The notes: generated by a model not told the origin, from the letters alone. A stretch of 64,000 nt of DNA from Verrucomicrobiota bacterium (GCA_027622665.1 JAQBYT010000002.1:324266-388265); one strand, 5' to 3'. Shown: positions 10,180-23,266, counted from the first letter of the stretch. Numbers and translations are program-made.

Positions 10180-10617
10180 ATGCCTGACCTCGAAGAACTT
10201 TGGTATGACTTGAATCGGCAGTCGGTTCATGCCTTTGCGGATTGGCCGAATCGGGAGATCCCGAAGGGGAAGCCCGGGGTGTATTTGATTTATCAGGGGG
10301 TTCGTTTGATTTACGTCGGGAAGGCGAAAAAGAATTTACTTGGACGATTGACCCAGCATGCGCGTGGCCACCGCAGTGGTGATCAATTTTGCGTTTACCT
10401 TGGAGATCGTTTGGTCATGCCCAAGCTTGGGATCGATCAAATGAAAGACCTCTTTTCGGGCGAGCTTTCGCTCGACCATGAAATCAAAAAGTTCGTCCGT
10501 TCCCAATTGTCCTACCGCTACCTAATCGTCAAAGACGACCCAACCGCCCGCACCCTCGAAGCCCATGGTCTCCAAGTCGCCAAAGGGCAGGGGGCGGAGT
10601 TGTTGAATGCCAATTGA
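10180..10617 (+). CDS. GIY-YIG nuclease family protein
   Basis: GVYLIY...IYVGKA..L..RL..H motif. Confidence 0.8.
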   Translation: MPDLEELWYDLNRQSVHAFADWPNREIPKGKPGVYLIYQGVRLIYVGKAKKNLLGRLTQHARGHRSGDQFCVYLGDRLVMPKLGIDQMKDLFSGELSLDHEIKKFVRSQLSYRYLIVKDDPTARTLEAHGLQVAKGQGAELLNAN

Positions 10618-10797
10618 TGTGCCCGACTCGAAATCGGTGACATTCTTTTAAAACCCCCTTTAATTAACCCTAAATGGTTCTTTGTTTTTGCTCAAATTTC
10701 ACTAAAAGGGTTCACGAAAGGGTCACGTCTTTCTACTAGCAACAAATTATTCTTTTGATAGGCAAATAGTTGATAGTTTGTATCAGGTCGGCGTCCG

Positions 10798-11220
10798 TTG
10801 ACTGAGGAGTCTTTCTGCAGCAACGGCTGGTTTTTCGGTGACGAAATAGCCTTGTTGAGAAAATACACCTCACGGCTGTTCGAGGATCTGGACGAAAAAA
10901 TCGAGGCGGGATTCTCTCGCATCTTCGAGGAGTGGGAACGGAACGACCTCAGGGTGATGAACTATCGGGAGCGGAAACTGGACGACAAGGAGGCTCACGA
11001 TCTGGTCATCAAAAGCATGGACGCCGCGGCTATTCCGCCTTCGGCAATTCCCCGTGTGCTTCAGGAATTTCGATCGCCCTGGCATCAGGAATTCGTTCCA
11101 AGGAACGCATGGAGCCTCTACAACGCGTTTACGGAGGTCATGAAGAGCTTGCCTCACCTCCTGCCCGAAAGGACCAGGGCCCTCACCCGTTGTTTCGACA
11201 TGGAGTTGGAGATCGCATGA
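10798..11220 (+). pseudogene. 5'-truncated DUF932-like phage/plasmid protein
   Basis: FCSNG...RK.T and NAWSLYNAFTE motifs; the N-terminal half appears missing and AT-rich DNA lies upstream. Confidence 0.55.
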
Positions 11221-11447
11221 ACCAATGCGCGGGTAACGCAGGAGGGGAACAACGGGTTGACCTGAGGAGAAACCCTCCGCTGATCATGAACGCCAAGGAA
11301 GTCGCGACCTATCTAGGCGTATCGCCTCGAAAAGTACGTGGTGACGCAGCGGCGGGTCTCATGCCATGCGTCAAGCTGGGCGGACGAGTCTTGTTCAGAC
11401 TGAAAGACGTTAACGCTCGCCTCGACAGATTAACAAACGACGACTGA
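11217..11447 (+). CDS. Excisionase-like HTH DNA-binding protein
   Basis: MNAKEVATYLGVS...PCVKLGGRVLFR; ATGA overlap with the upstream ORF. Confidence 0.75.
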   Translation: MNQCAGNAGGEQRVDLRRNPPLIMNAKEVATYLGVSPRKVRGDAAAGLMPCVKLGGRVLFRLKDVNARLDRLTNDD

Positions 11448-11463
11448 GTCGCCACATACCACA

Positions 11464-11493
11464 AAAAGCCTACTCCTTTGCGGGTGGGCTTTT
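11464..11493. terminator. Probable bidirectional intrinsic terminator
   Basis: AAAAGCCTACTC...GGGTGGGCTTTT stem (with G-U pairs) between convergent genes. Confidence 0.6.
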
Positions 11494-11773
11494 CTTAGGT
11501 GTCGGATGGAAGGGCCGTACTGGCAGGATAAACGAAGCCCATCGAGCACTTTGCAGATGGCGAAAGCCCTGACAACGAGGACTTCGTGAGGTCTTGAAAT
11601 TCGAGTCGGTCGTCGTATCCGCTCGGGTCAAGCCTTCGGATCTCTGCAAATCAGAAAGAAGAAGATTCGAGTATCAACTGCCACTTTGAAAATCACTGCC
11701 TCAAAGGGCTAGGGCATGTGGAAGACCAGCAAAGACTATCCAGTCATTTCATTTGGAAATACAGATTTGATGA

Positions 11774-14700
11774 TCACGCCGCTTTGCTCAACAGATCGAA
11801 GATGACCCTGGCGAATTTGGCGGCGCGGTCGGGGTTGGAGAGGAGTTGGTCTTTTTGGTTTTGATGGACGTCGCTGCTGTCGATAATGGCGTCGTCCAAG
11901 GCTTTTTCGAAGTCGCCCAGCATGGCTTGCTCGGCGCTGTTGTTGGCGATCTGATCCATGATGCTCTGGTTCTCGCTGAGCTTGTCGCGGATCGTGTAAG
12001 CATAGTTGACGAGATCCTTTTCGGAGAGTTGATCGGTGATGAAAAGCTCGTTGAGACGGTCGATAATTAGGGAGAGGCGTTCTTCTTTTTTATCCTTCGC
12101 CCTAGCGCTGCCTGCTGCCTCCCCGCCTTTGAGGCCGTAGTCGCCTTGCTCTTCTTCCATTACCAAATCCTGCTGCTTGAGCTTACTGAGACGGTAGTGG
12201 CTCATCTCGACGTTGCTAAGGTCAATGGGGTCATCGTCCTCGAAGCTTTCGCGGAGCATCGGGCGGAGGTTGCGGGCGTAAAGGCTGAGCTTCTCTAAGT
12301 CCTTGTCGTCATAGTCCACGATCTGGGACATAAACTCGTAGAAGCGCACGAAGGTGCCGAGATCCTTCTTGAAGATGTCGAGCCCGTCCTTAACCTGCTT
12401 GGCCTCCTTGAAGCGTTTCTCGGCATTGGCAATCAGCACGGCATCGCCGGTCTTTTTAGTGCGCTCAAATTCGTCCCGCCCTTGCTTGAAGAGCTTCACT
12501 GCTACACTGTAACGCACCTGCCAGCGTTCGACGGCTGGCTTACAGATATTGGCGAGGGCTGCGGGGCTCTTACTTTTGACGAAGAACGCATCGGCAAATT
12601 GCTCCACTTCCTTCCATGTGAAAATACCGACTGCACGTAACTTTTCGAAGAGATCGAATACGAGATCGGGATCGGATACGTCTTCCAGCTTTGCGGTTTT
12701 GTAATACGGCAGAAACGATTCGAGGATGTCCTCGGGATCATTGAAGAAGTCCAAGACGAAGGTGCCCGTCTCGGCTTTGCCGGGATAAGTGCGATTGAGG
12801 CGAGACAAGGTCTGCACGCACTCCACGCCGCCGAGCTTCTTATCCACATACATCGCGCAAAGCTTGGGCTGGTCGAAGCCGGTTTGAAACTTATTGGCCG
12901 CGATCATCACCTGATAGTCCTCCGAATCGAAGGCCTTGCGCATATCGCGCTTCTTCAAGTTCGGGTTCATGTTGTGCTCGGTGAATTTCTCACCCAACAG
13001 CCCTTCGGACTGCGGGTCTTTGGCGTTGAACGTGACCTCGCCTGAAAAGGCCACCATGCCGTAAAGCTTATTGTAGCCCTGCTCCTTGATGTATTTATCA
13101 AAGCCGAGCTTATAGCGCACCGCCTCCTTGCGGGAGCTGGTAACCACCATCGCTTTGGCGTGTCCACCGAGGAGGCCCATCACGTTGTCGCGGAAATGCT
13201 CAATGATGACCTGCACCTTTTGAGCGATGTTGTAGTCATGCAGGCGCACCCATTGGTTGAGCTTCACCTTGGCCTTCTTGCTCTCCACCTCGGAATCCGA
13301 GGCCTGCACCTTTAGCGCTAAGTTGTAAGCCACCTTGTAATTGGTGTAGTTCTTCAGCACATCGAGAATAAAGCCCTCTTCGATCGCCTGACGCATGCTA
13401 TATACGTGAAAGGCTTCGGGAAGGTTCTTCTTCGACGGCGCTTCGTCCGGCTTCGGCAAACGACCAAACAACTCCAGCGTCTTGGGCTTAGGTGTGGCGG
13501 TAAAGGCAAAGTAGCTCAGGTTTTTCGATACGCGGCGCGACGATACCATGGCATCTAGAATATCGTCTGACGAGAGTTCTTCATCTTCGTCACGCGCTTC
13601 CACCATGAGAACTTCTTTGAGCTGGCGGGCAGTGGCTCCGGTTTGCGAGGAGTGAGCTTCGTCGGCGATGATCGCGTAGTTGCGCTCTTTCAGGCTCACG
13701 CTGTTCTCGATCGCTTTGAGCACGAAGGGAAAGGTCTGGATAGTGACGATGATGATCGGAGTGGACTCTTCGAGCGCCTTAGCCAACTTCTCCGACTTCG
13801 AGCCATCGCCCTCGTCGCGATTGATTTTTCCGACGATGCCATCGACGTGCTCGAACTGTGAAATCGTATCTTGTAGTTGACTATCCAATACTGTGCGATC
13901 CGTCACCACGATCACCGAGTGAAACTGCTTATCGCCCGCATCGTCATAGAGCGATGAGAGCTGATGCGCCGTCCATGCGATAGAGTTGGACTTACCCGAG
14001 CCGGCGCTGTGTTGTACCAGATACTTTGAGCCGGGGCCTTCCTCGCGAGCGGCGTCTATCAATTGATTGACCACGTCCCACTGATGGTAGCGTGGGAAGA
14101 TCATCGTCTCCTTCTTATATTTGCGACCTTCCCAGTTCTCCTTCTCCTCGATCTGCAAGTGGACGTAGCGAGCCAGGATGTTAAAAAGATTCTTCGGCAG
14201 CAGCACCTCGTTCCATAGATAGTCGGTGGCGTATTGATTAACATCCTTCGGCACGTCATTGCCCGAGCCGCCGTCCAGTGTGCCTTTGTTAAATGGGAGG
14301 AAGTAAGTGTTTTGCCCTTCGAGCTGAGTGGTCATATAGACCTCGTATTGGCTGACGGCGAAGTGCACGAGCGCTCCGCGTTTGAAGGTGAGGAGAGGCT
14401 CGGGCTTCTTCGCCACGGGGTCCACCGGGGGTCGGGTGAGCTTATACTGCTTGATGGCATTCTGCACCGCCTGCTTGAACTCCGATTTCAGTTCCAGCGT
14501 CGCCACCGGCAGGCCGTTGACGAACAGCACCAAGTCGATGCGCCAGTTCTTCGCCTTCACGCCCGTCTCTTTCAAATGCTCCTCCGTCGCCCATGGGCTA
14601 TACACCAACTCAGGCACAACCCGCAGGCGGTTCATTTGATACATTCGCAGCGTGTCGGGATTCAGGTCGTGCTCCGGCTCGAACTGACAGAGCTTGAAAC

Positions 14701-15022
14701 GCGCGCCACGGTCTTTAATCGTATGACGCAACACACCCAAGGTGCCGAAAGTGCGTAGCGTGCCGTCAGCGGCATTCGGATCGACCTTGTTGAGCTGCGT
14801 CGCCACCCGCTCTAAAAACTTCGCGTCCGTGTTGCTCGGGTAGAGCTTGGTGAACTTCTCCCACTCCTTCGGTTGCGTGTCTTGCACGAAGCCGAGCACG
14901 TCCTCTTCATACAGCGCCAACTCACGGTTGTAGCCATCGGGCGTGCCGAGCAACCAGCCATTCGCGACCAACTGGTCGATCATATCATTCTGAAAGGTGA
15001 GTTCGTTGGCTTTGTCGGTCAT
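11774..15022 (-). CDS. hsdR: Type I restriction enzyme R subunit
   Basis: D..L.VNGLP...ELK nuclease motif, HSAGSGKS Walker A, DEAH box, FTATP, TGFDQP. Confidence 0.95.
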   Translation of the reverse strand: MTDKANELTFQNDMIDQLVANGWLLGTPDGYNRELALYEEDVLGFVQDTQPKEWEKFTKLYPSNTDAKFLERVATQLNKVDPNAADGTLRTFGTLGVLRHTIKDRGARFKLCQFEPEHDLNPDTLRMYQMNRLRVVPELVYSPWATEEHLKETGVKAKNWRIDLVLFVNGLPVATLELKSEFKQAVQNAIKQYKLTRPPVDPVAKKPEPLLTFKRGALVHFAVSQYEVYMTTQLEGQNTYFLPFNKGTLDGGSGNDVPKDVNQYATDYLWNEVLLPKNLFNILARYVHLQIEEKENWEGRKYKKETMIFPRYHQWDVVNQLIDAAREEGPGSKYLVQHSAGSGKSNSIAWTAHQLSSLYDDAGDKQFHSVIVVTDRTVLDSQLQDTISQFEHVDGIVGKINRDEGDGSKSEKLAKALEESTPIIIVTIQTFPFVLKAIENSVSLKERNYAIIADEAHSSQTGATARQLKEVLMVEARDEDEELSSDDILDAMVSSRRVSKNLSYFAFTATPKPKTLELFGRLPKPDEAPSKKNLPEAFHVYSMRQAIEEGFILDVLKNYTNYKVAYNLALKVQASDSEVESKKAKVKLNQWVRLHDYNIAQKVQVIIEHFRDNVMGLLGGHAKAMVVTSSRKEAVRYKLGFDKYIKEQGYNKLYGMVAFSGEVTFNAKDPQSEGLLGEKFTEHNMNPNLKKRDMRKAFDSEDYQVMIAANKFQTGFDQPKLCAMYVDKKLGGVECVQTLSRLNRTYPGKAETGTFVLDFFNDPEDILESFLPYYKTAKLEDVSDPDLVFDLFEKLRAVGIFTWKEVEQFADAFFVKSKSPAALANICKPAVERWQVRYSVAVKLFKQGRDEFERTKKTGDAVLIANAEKRFKEAKQVKDGLDIFKKDLGTFVRFYEFMSQIVDYDDKDLEKLSLYARNLRPMLRESFEDDDPIDLSNVEMSHYRLSKLKQQDLVMEEEQGDYGLKGGEAAGSARAKDKKEERLSLIIDRLNELFITDQLSEKDLVNYAYTIRDKLSENQSIMDQIANNSAEQAMLGDFEKALDDAIIDSSDVHQNQKDQLLSNPDRAAKFARVIFDLLSKAA

Positions 15023-15024
15023 GC

Positions 15025-16956
15025 TTAAATGTGCTCTTCAGCTTTAAGTGCTGCCGTAATGTAGCGCTGCTTGGGATGCGTTTTTATATTGGGGTGTTCT
15101 GCTAGCAGTTTCTGCTCTCCAAGCATGACGCGGATGAAATTCTTACGCAAAGTATCTGGATCTCGCTTCAGCAACTCCGCCAGCTCAGCCAGCGATAAAT
15201 AGCGACCTTGGCACAATTGTAGGATTGTGCTCTCAACCAAGATCTTTGTCGCACGCTGCGCACTCGCAACTGGTTCCGCAATTGAGCGCAAAGCTTCGAT
15301 ATGCTCCTGAAGCACCTCACTATGCCCAGAGCTCGGCTCCTTAGACCCAGAGCTCGGCTCCTTATGCCCAGAGCTCTCCCTTTTCGCTTCCGCTTGATCA
15401 CCAAAGACATTCAGCCCGAAAACCTCCTTAGCCCCAGAGTTCTCGATGGGATGCGCTCCGGGTAAAAAGTAAAAGGTTCCGACCCCATTGCCCTCACTTT
15501 GCAGATACTGCTTTGCCACTAAACCATGCAAGCTGTTAGTTAAGTCGCTGGGGTGCTCCTTGGTCAGCTCAGTCAGGCGCGTATGGCTAATGCAGCCTTC
15601 GGCATGCGCAGTGACTAAGGCAATGCGTTCAGGTTGAGACAAGGCGTCAAACGACTCACCAATCCGGTCCTGAAGATACTCGATGGATGCTTCAGGCATC
15701 AGGCTGACCATGCGCAGGGCTAAAATCGTCTGGTCCGTCTCGATACGCTCCTCAATGTCGGGCACACGCCAATGCTGCCCTGCCCAATTTTTATAGATCT
15801 TAGGGAAGCCGAAGCCTGATTGTTCGCCTAGGCCGATGAGTTGAAACATCTTTTGCAGGTTTCGATTGCGACAGTCACTCGTGCCCCCGCGAATCGCCTC
15901 TTTTAAGGGCACACGCAGAGTTCCAGGATTGCGAAAGCCAAATAAGTCAGGCCGTTTCACAATAAGAATCGAACAATTACTCGTATAGTCGGCATGAATC
16001 AACGTGTTCACCAGCGCCTCGCGCAACGCTTCATGCACGGGTGTATCTTCGATGCGTTGATCTCCCTTTAGGGCAAACGGAACTTTTAGATCGCTCGTCA
16101 GTTTCGCATACACGCTACGGTAAAAGTCATAGAGGTTGCCCGACCATGAGAAGTCAGTCGTTAAGCGGTCAATCCAGCGAGCCTCCTTAACCGCTCGCGG
16201 GCGCTCCTGATAGTCCACCACGTAACGCGGGATCGCATCCAGTATCGAACGCAATTTTCCGAACATCAGCAGCCCCGCAATGGTCAGTCCCGACTTCCCG
16301 GTTTGGCGGTCAGTCGCATAGCCGCCGAGCTGTTCGAGATATTCCACCGCATCCAAGTTATTTAAGACATGGGCAGGCTGACGGTTTGCGAAGTTCTGGC
16401 GGTAAATACGCAGCGTCTCCATATCGACATCCGAGATGCTAAAGCCCTCTAAGATCGTGCTATCCTGAGTGTCACGCACACGCTCGCCCAACATTTTCTC
16501 CACGACCTCACGCGGGCAGCGATAATCACCCTCATTATTTCTTCGGTAAGTGCCAATCAGCGGATTCTTGCCGAGATGAACCGGGCGCGCCTTGCGGTCG
16601 GCTCGCGGCACTGTGACCAATACCATAGTAAACTCATCAATCTTCAGGCGCTTAATCGACTTATCCGACAGCAAGTTCACACTCACAATTTGTGGATTAT
16701 TCGCCTGATCGAATAGCGTCTGAATCACCTTCTCATGTTCAGGAACGCCGACAAATTCAGGCCCATCGGTGGTCTCTTTGATGCCCATTGCGATAATCCC
16801 TCCCTCTGTGTTCGCCATTGCAGAGTAACTCTCCCAAAACGATTGTGGCAGCTTGCCTTTGCCATCGCGGCCATGCGCCGTCTTCAATTCTAAATCAACC
16901 TGCTCGTTCAAGTTCTTTAGGTCAAAGAAATCGTCTTCTAAGTTTAGGTCTACCAT
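15025..16956 (-). CDS. Schlafen/AlbA_2 domain + ATP-binding (HATPase_c_4-like) + C-terminal HTH protein
   Basis: ELK...SAMANTEGG; ALREALVNTLIHADY; NPG; RNRNLQKMF..GLGEQSGFGFPKI. Confidence 0.8.
   Translation of the reverse strand: MVDLNLEDDFFDLKNLNEQVDLELKTAHGRDGKGKLPQSFWESYSAMANTEGGIIAMGIKETTDGPEFVGVPEHEKVIQTLFDQANNPQIVSVNLLSDKSIKRLKIDEFTMVLVTVPRADRKARPVHLGKNPLIGTYRRNNEGDYRCPREVVEKMLGERVRDTQDSTILEGFSISDVDMETLRIYRQNFANRQPAHVLNNLDAVEYLEQLGGYATDRQTGKSGLTIAGLLMFGKLRSILDAIPRYVVDYQERPRAVKEARWIDRLTTDFSWSGNLYDFYRSVYAKLTSDLKVPFALKGDQRIEDTPVHEALREALVNTLIHADYTSNCSILIVKRPDLFGFRNPGTLRVPLKEAIRGGTSDCRNRNLQKMFQLIGLGEQSGFGFPKIYKNWAGQHWRVPDIEERIETDQTILALRMVSLMPEASIEYLQDRIGESFDALSQPERIALVTAHAEGCISHTRLTELTKEHPSDLTNSLHGLVAKQYLQSEGNGVGTFYFLPGAHPIENSGAKEVFGLNVFGDQAEAKRESSGHKEPSSGSKEPSSGHSEVLQEHIEALRSIAEPVASAQRATKILVESTILQLCQGRYLSLAELAELLKRDPDTLRKNFIRVMLGEQKLLAEHPNIKTHPKQRYITAALKAEEHI
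15321..15376 (-). repeat. In-frame 21-bp tandem repeat (about 2.7 copies; SSGHKEP/SSGSKEP)
   Basis: tatgcccagagctcggctcct / tagacccagagctcggctcct / tatgcccagagctc. Confidence 0.85.
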
Positions 16957-16984
16957 GATTCTAATGTGATTTGAGGATTGAAAG

Positions 16985-17908
16985 CTATGAAGCCTCGTAG
17001 GCACGTTCCAATAACGGCAAGGCTCGTTTCAAGTCATCCTGAGTGCGTAGGACGATCTCCAAGTCACCCGTGCCCCAATGGCCGATGTTGCGCACGTCGC
17101 GGGTGAAGCCTTCTTCTAGTGTCACGGTGTCGGGGTTGACCTTCACGTATAGAAACAGCTTTCCGGCGTTCGGTCGGACTTCCACTGTGACGAAATTCTT
17201 CAGACGCTTAAAAGCCGCATAGAGTTTTAACTTCTTGAACTGAACGTCGTCCCCAAAGCCGAGACAAGTGGCCTTCACCGCCTCGAAGAGATCAAGTAGT
17301 TGCTCATCAGCGAGTGCCAGTTGCTCCTCGATGGTTTTGTCCCCCGACTTCGCTTTACCTTTGATTACCGAGCCCGATGTTTTCTCCTCCCAGTCGGAAC
17401 TGGCTTGAACCGCATTAACAAGTTCCAGTAGGAGAAACTCATCGTCGAAGCGCAGATAACGGAGCAGCTCGATGTTACGGTTAATCTGCTTCACGGCGTG
17501 CCCGTCGTATTTCGTGAAATCACCTGCCAAACAGAGCAGACGCGGACTGGACCATTCGATGGAGTCCGCGACTTTCTGTCCAAGGCTTTTCAAAACCAGC
17601 AACTCAAACTCCCCACGGTGGTCGAGTAGCCAGTCTAAGTAGAACAGGCCCTGATTGATCACATTCTCATTACTCGCCCGCTTATACTCAATAATACAGG
17701 GGCAGCCATTTTCATCAATTCCCAGCGTGTCGATCCGGCCACCGTGCGTTTTCCCAGTGGAATACTCACTCGCCAGAAAACGGATACCAAGAAATGTTTC
17801 CAAGTGCTGCTCGATCAGCAATTGAAGTGATTTTTCTAAGGCGACCGACTTGCCCTCTAGCAGGCTCACATCGTTCCCGTCTGAGCGAAATAATTTAATG
17901 TCACTCAT
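16985..17908 (-). CDS. PD-(D/E)xK endonuclease (NucS/DUF91-like) fused to a DUF5655-like domain
   Basis: GRIDTLG...IIEYKR...QGLFYL; C-terminal RDVRNIGHWGTGDLE. Start ATG 17908. Confidence 0.75.
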   Translation of the reverse strand: MSDIKLFRSDGNDVSLLEGKSVALEKSLQLLIEQHLETFLGIRFLASEYSTGKTHGGRIDTLGIDENGCPCIIEYKRASNENVINQGLFYLDWLLDHRGEFELLVLKSLGQKVADSIEWSSPRLLCLAGDFTKYDGHAVKQINRNIELLRYLRFDDEFLLLELVNAVQASSDWEEKTSGSVIKGKAKSGDKTIEEQLALADEQLLDLFEAVKATCLGFGDDVQFKKLKLYAAFKRLKNFVTVEVRPNAGKLFLYVKVNPDTVTLEEGFTRDVRNIGHWGTGDLEIVLRTQDDLKRALPLLERAYEAS

Positions 17909-17918
17909 AAATTGCCCT

Positions 17919-19013
17919 TTATTTCTTCCATGCAAATTTAGTGCGCAGTCGAGCCGCCGGCTCGGCGTATGCGATCTGCTTTTCACGCAGTAAACGACCG
18001 CTGACGATACCGGGGTGAATGCCGACGCTCTCTGCGAAGTCACGTACTGCAGGAGAAGTGAAACGCGGTGTCTTTGTCACGAAGCTTTCAAACTCCGCAG
18101 ATGGGATCAGCAATTCACCTGCGAAGCGATTTGCTTCCTCCTCGCGTGCGGCATCCGCATTATCCGCCTTCTCACCTTCGAGGAAGATACTCTTCTTGCG
18201 CTGCTGTAATACGTGCTTCGCCTCATGAAAGAAGGTGAACCAAAAGTTGTCGTTCGTTTTAAATAGCAATGACTGCTGGATCATTGGGCGCTTTTGGAAC
18301 CAACGCATGACGCCTGACACCCCTAAGCCCGGTAATTCAGGCACGAGCTGATAAATGACGCCCGCACTTGCGCACAGCGCCTGCATCTTGGGATAGAACT
18401 CCGTCACGGAATCGGTGGTAAAGGTGCGCATTTCGACCAGCGCCTCTTGAAAGCGCTTGGCATCGAACTCGGCGGTCTCTGTCTGATTGGCTCTCAACTC
18501 ACCCTGACGCAACCAACTGGCAATACCTGCCAACTTCACATCCACATGGGGCGACTTGCGATACGACAGCTCTAAGTGCATCTCGGCGTAGCAACTTTGC
18601 CACTGCTGCGGCGTCGCCACACCGAAGTAGCGCAGCAAGTGCATGGCTTTTTCTTCAGCTTTACTGGCTGCTTCGATAAAACCATGCTTCACCATCGACG
18701 GATACGGGAATGTGCGTGCCCAGTCGGCATATTCAGCCAACTGCTTGGCCTCTTCTTGACGAGCCAAGTGCTCGCGGTAATTCGCCTCCATATTCAACCA
18801 GAAGCGCGCAGGCACCCGTAGCACCTTCTCCAAGGCAAGTGCGGTCTTATGTGTTATCGGCTGAGTGCCGTTGATAATCAGATTGATCGTCTTCTTATCG
18901 AGGCCAATACGCTCCGCCAGCTCCACTTGCGACATGCCCAAGCCTTCAAGGCTGTCCAGCAGCGTCTCACCTGGAGCGGTGGCGAAGTCTTCGATCTGTG
19001 TATTAGTTGCCAT
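17919..19013 (-). CDS. higA: HigA-family antitoxin (XRE HTH) fused to an ImmA/IrrE metallopeptidase domain
   Basis: PGETL...MSQVELAERIG...FWLNME; FTFFHEAKH (HExxH); EEEANRFA. Confidence 0.85.
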   Translation of the reverse strand: MATNTQIEDFATAPGETLLDSLEGLGMSQVELAERIGLDKKTINLIINGTQPITHKTALALEKVLRVPARFWLNMEANYREHLARQEEAKQLAEYADWARTFPYPSMVKHGFIEAASKAEEKAMHLLRYFGVATPQQWQSCYAEMHLELSYRKSPHVDVKLAGIASWLRQGELRANQTETAEFDAKRFQEALVEMRTFTTDSVTEFYPKMQALCASAGVIYQLVPELPGLGVSGVMRWFQKRPMIQQSLLFKTNDNFWFTFFHEAKHVLQQRKKSIFLEGEKADNADAAREEEANRFAGELLIPSAEFESFVTKTPRFTSPAVRDFAESVGIHPGIVSGRLLREKQIAYAEPAARLRTKFAWKK

Positions 19014-19356
19014 GGTAATCGGTGATTTCGGTAATTTCTACTATTGTGATCGCATTCCAGTCCCAGCCGCCATCGGCCTTGCGCGGTTCGGGGTCGTCCA
19101 TCGGGATAAAAATCAAGCGATGATTGCCGCTCAGGTTCGCTGCGAACTGTCCTTTAAGGTTGCCAGTGAGTTCATGAATGCCCGCTTGGGGGAGATAACG
19201 AAGGTCTTCGAGGCAAGTGGCCGCTAAGAGTTCGGAGATGCGCTTTTCAAAATTCTTTGCCCGAACGGTACCCAGCTCCTTCTGACGCGTCGCAGCTTTG
19301 CTCGCGATCTGCTGAAGCTTATTCGTTCGATATGTGATTTTCATTAAATTATTCAA
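19003..19356 (-). CDS. higB: HigB/RelE-family toxin (plasmid maintenance killer type)
   Basis: HELTGNLKGQFA.NL..NHRLIF...ITDYH; overlaps the higA start. Confidence 0.8.
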   Translation of the reverse strand: MNNLMKITYRTNKLQQIASKAATRQKELGTVRAKNFEKRISELLAATCLEDLRYLPQAGIHELTGNLKGQFAANLSGNHRLIFIPMDDPEPRKADGGWDWNAITIVEITEITDYHGN

Positions 19357-19428
19357 TATACCTAAAATGTAAACAACTTTATTTCATCAAGCATCCGCAA
19401 GGCAATTTCACCCTTCAAGTTTCACACT

Positions 19429-20771
19429 TCACTCTTCTGTGCCTCCGGCACATGCAGGCTCCCAGTCACGCACGTCGATCTTGCCCGTCACGGCGGCGGA
19501 AATTAGGGCGGTGCGGCGTTCTTGCATTAGTTCGATGGCCGATTCAGCCTTGGAAATTAATAATAAAAAGTGGTCAACGATTGTGAAAATATGATCAACG
19601 ATTTGCCTTTGCTCTTCATGTGGAGGAACAACCAATTTCGTTTTCACAAGGTCAGAAACCTTAACATTATCAATAGTGCTCGATTTATTGGTAGCACTAA
19701 TCGCCTCCTTGAATACTTCCGAAGACAGTAAAAACATGAAGAATTTCGGATCAACATCTAGTTGGCACCTAAATCCAACTACATTCTGAGCTATAAAAAA
19801 ATCAGGTTCTGGTGGAACCAAGCACGTCTTCCCAAAGGTTGCCCCTACTGTTACGAATAAAACGTCATTTTCTTTTACATCAGACCGAACAAATTGCTCA
19901 TAAGATCCCTGAGTGATAAACTTGCTGTAACTCTTAGAAGTATAAAAGCCATCACCAGCAACCTGACTAACCTCACACATCGGAATTCCACTATCCGTTA
20001 CGGGGGGGGTTCTGCCTCTATTATCAACAGTGTGAGCTATCAAATAATTCAAGGATTTACGGCTCCAATGTTCCGGCACTAGACCGAGCCACTCGACGCC
20101 GGAGTCCTTCATTCGGGCATCGGGGTTGAGGCCCTTGGTCACGGCATGGCTAATCACGGCCTGCCGTTTTTCTTTGAGCAGCGCAATCAACGCCTGCTGC
20201 TTCTCAATCAAGGCATCGATCTTCCCCGTCTCATGGTCGAGGAAGCGCGCGATCTGCTTTTGTTCGGGGAGGGTTGGTAGTGCTAATGGTAAACTAGAAA
20301 ATTCATTATACCTAAATTCGGTAGAGCGTTCACGAATGCCTTTTGCAAGCGAAGTGATGTAGTCAGTTACGGCCAACTGGCGAACCAAGTAGCCATAGTA
20401 TCGCATGTATATTTCAGACTCATCATGTGCAATGCAAACAGAGCAAACAGGGGAGCACTTTCCATCAGAATCACTGATGCCAATAGCTCCCGCAAAGCCA
20501 TCCATAGCGTGAACTAGAAGATCACCCTGACGAACTCCTTGGTATCCGATTTCTTTTACCGCATTTGTAAACCCCTCAACTCTGCGTTTAAAACGTAAAG
20601 TCACTTCACCATCTCTAAAGGCAGTTACGATTCCATCTGAAACTAAAGGAGGCCGTTGAACTCGCTTGAACAAATACTTTGCTTTGCGCAAACACCACGC
20701 TTTAGGCATGTCACCTAACCACGCCACTCCCGAATCCTTATACTCAGGATACGCTTTATATCGCCCAGCCA

Positions 20772-20772
<1 letters not shown>
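19429..20772 (-). CDS. hsdS: Type I restriction specificity subunit
   Basis: YKDSGV.WLG repeated twice, P.LPEQKQI and PP.EEQRQI conserved regions, AVTGKIDV; two AT-rich TRDs. Confidence 0.95.
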
Positions 20773-23081
<2,309 letters not shown>

Positions 23082-23266
23082 GGAGTTGTAGGAGGGAGAT
23101 CGTTATGGACTGCTTTAGGATTATGGAGGGAAGACTAATTAATGAGGTTTTTCAAAAACTTGGATAGTTTGTTTAGTTCAACCCGCAAAGAAGAAAAGTA
23201 AAAGACAGGTGCCAAGAGCCAAGACGTCACTCTTCACGTCGTCGCTGATGTTTCTTTCTGTTGCCC

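Noticed and set aside
11494..11773. Possible gene or ncRNA between the xis-like gene and hsdR
   Set aside because: No ORF of convincing length and no clear structure; probably decayed sequence.
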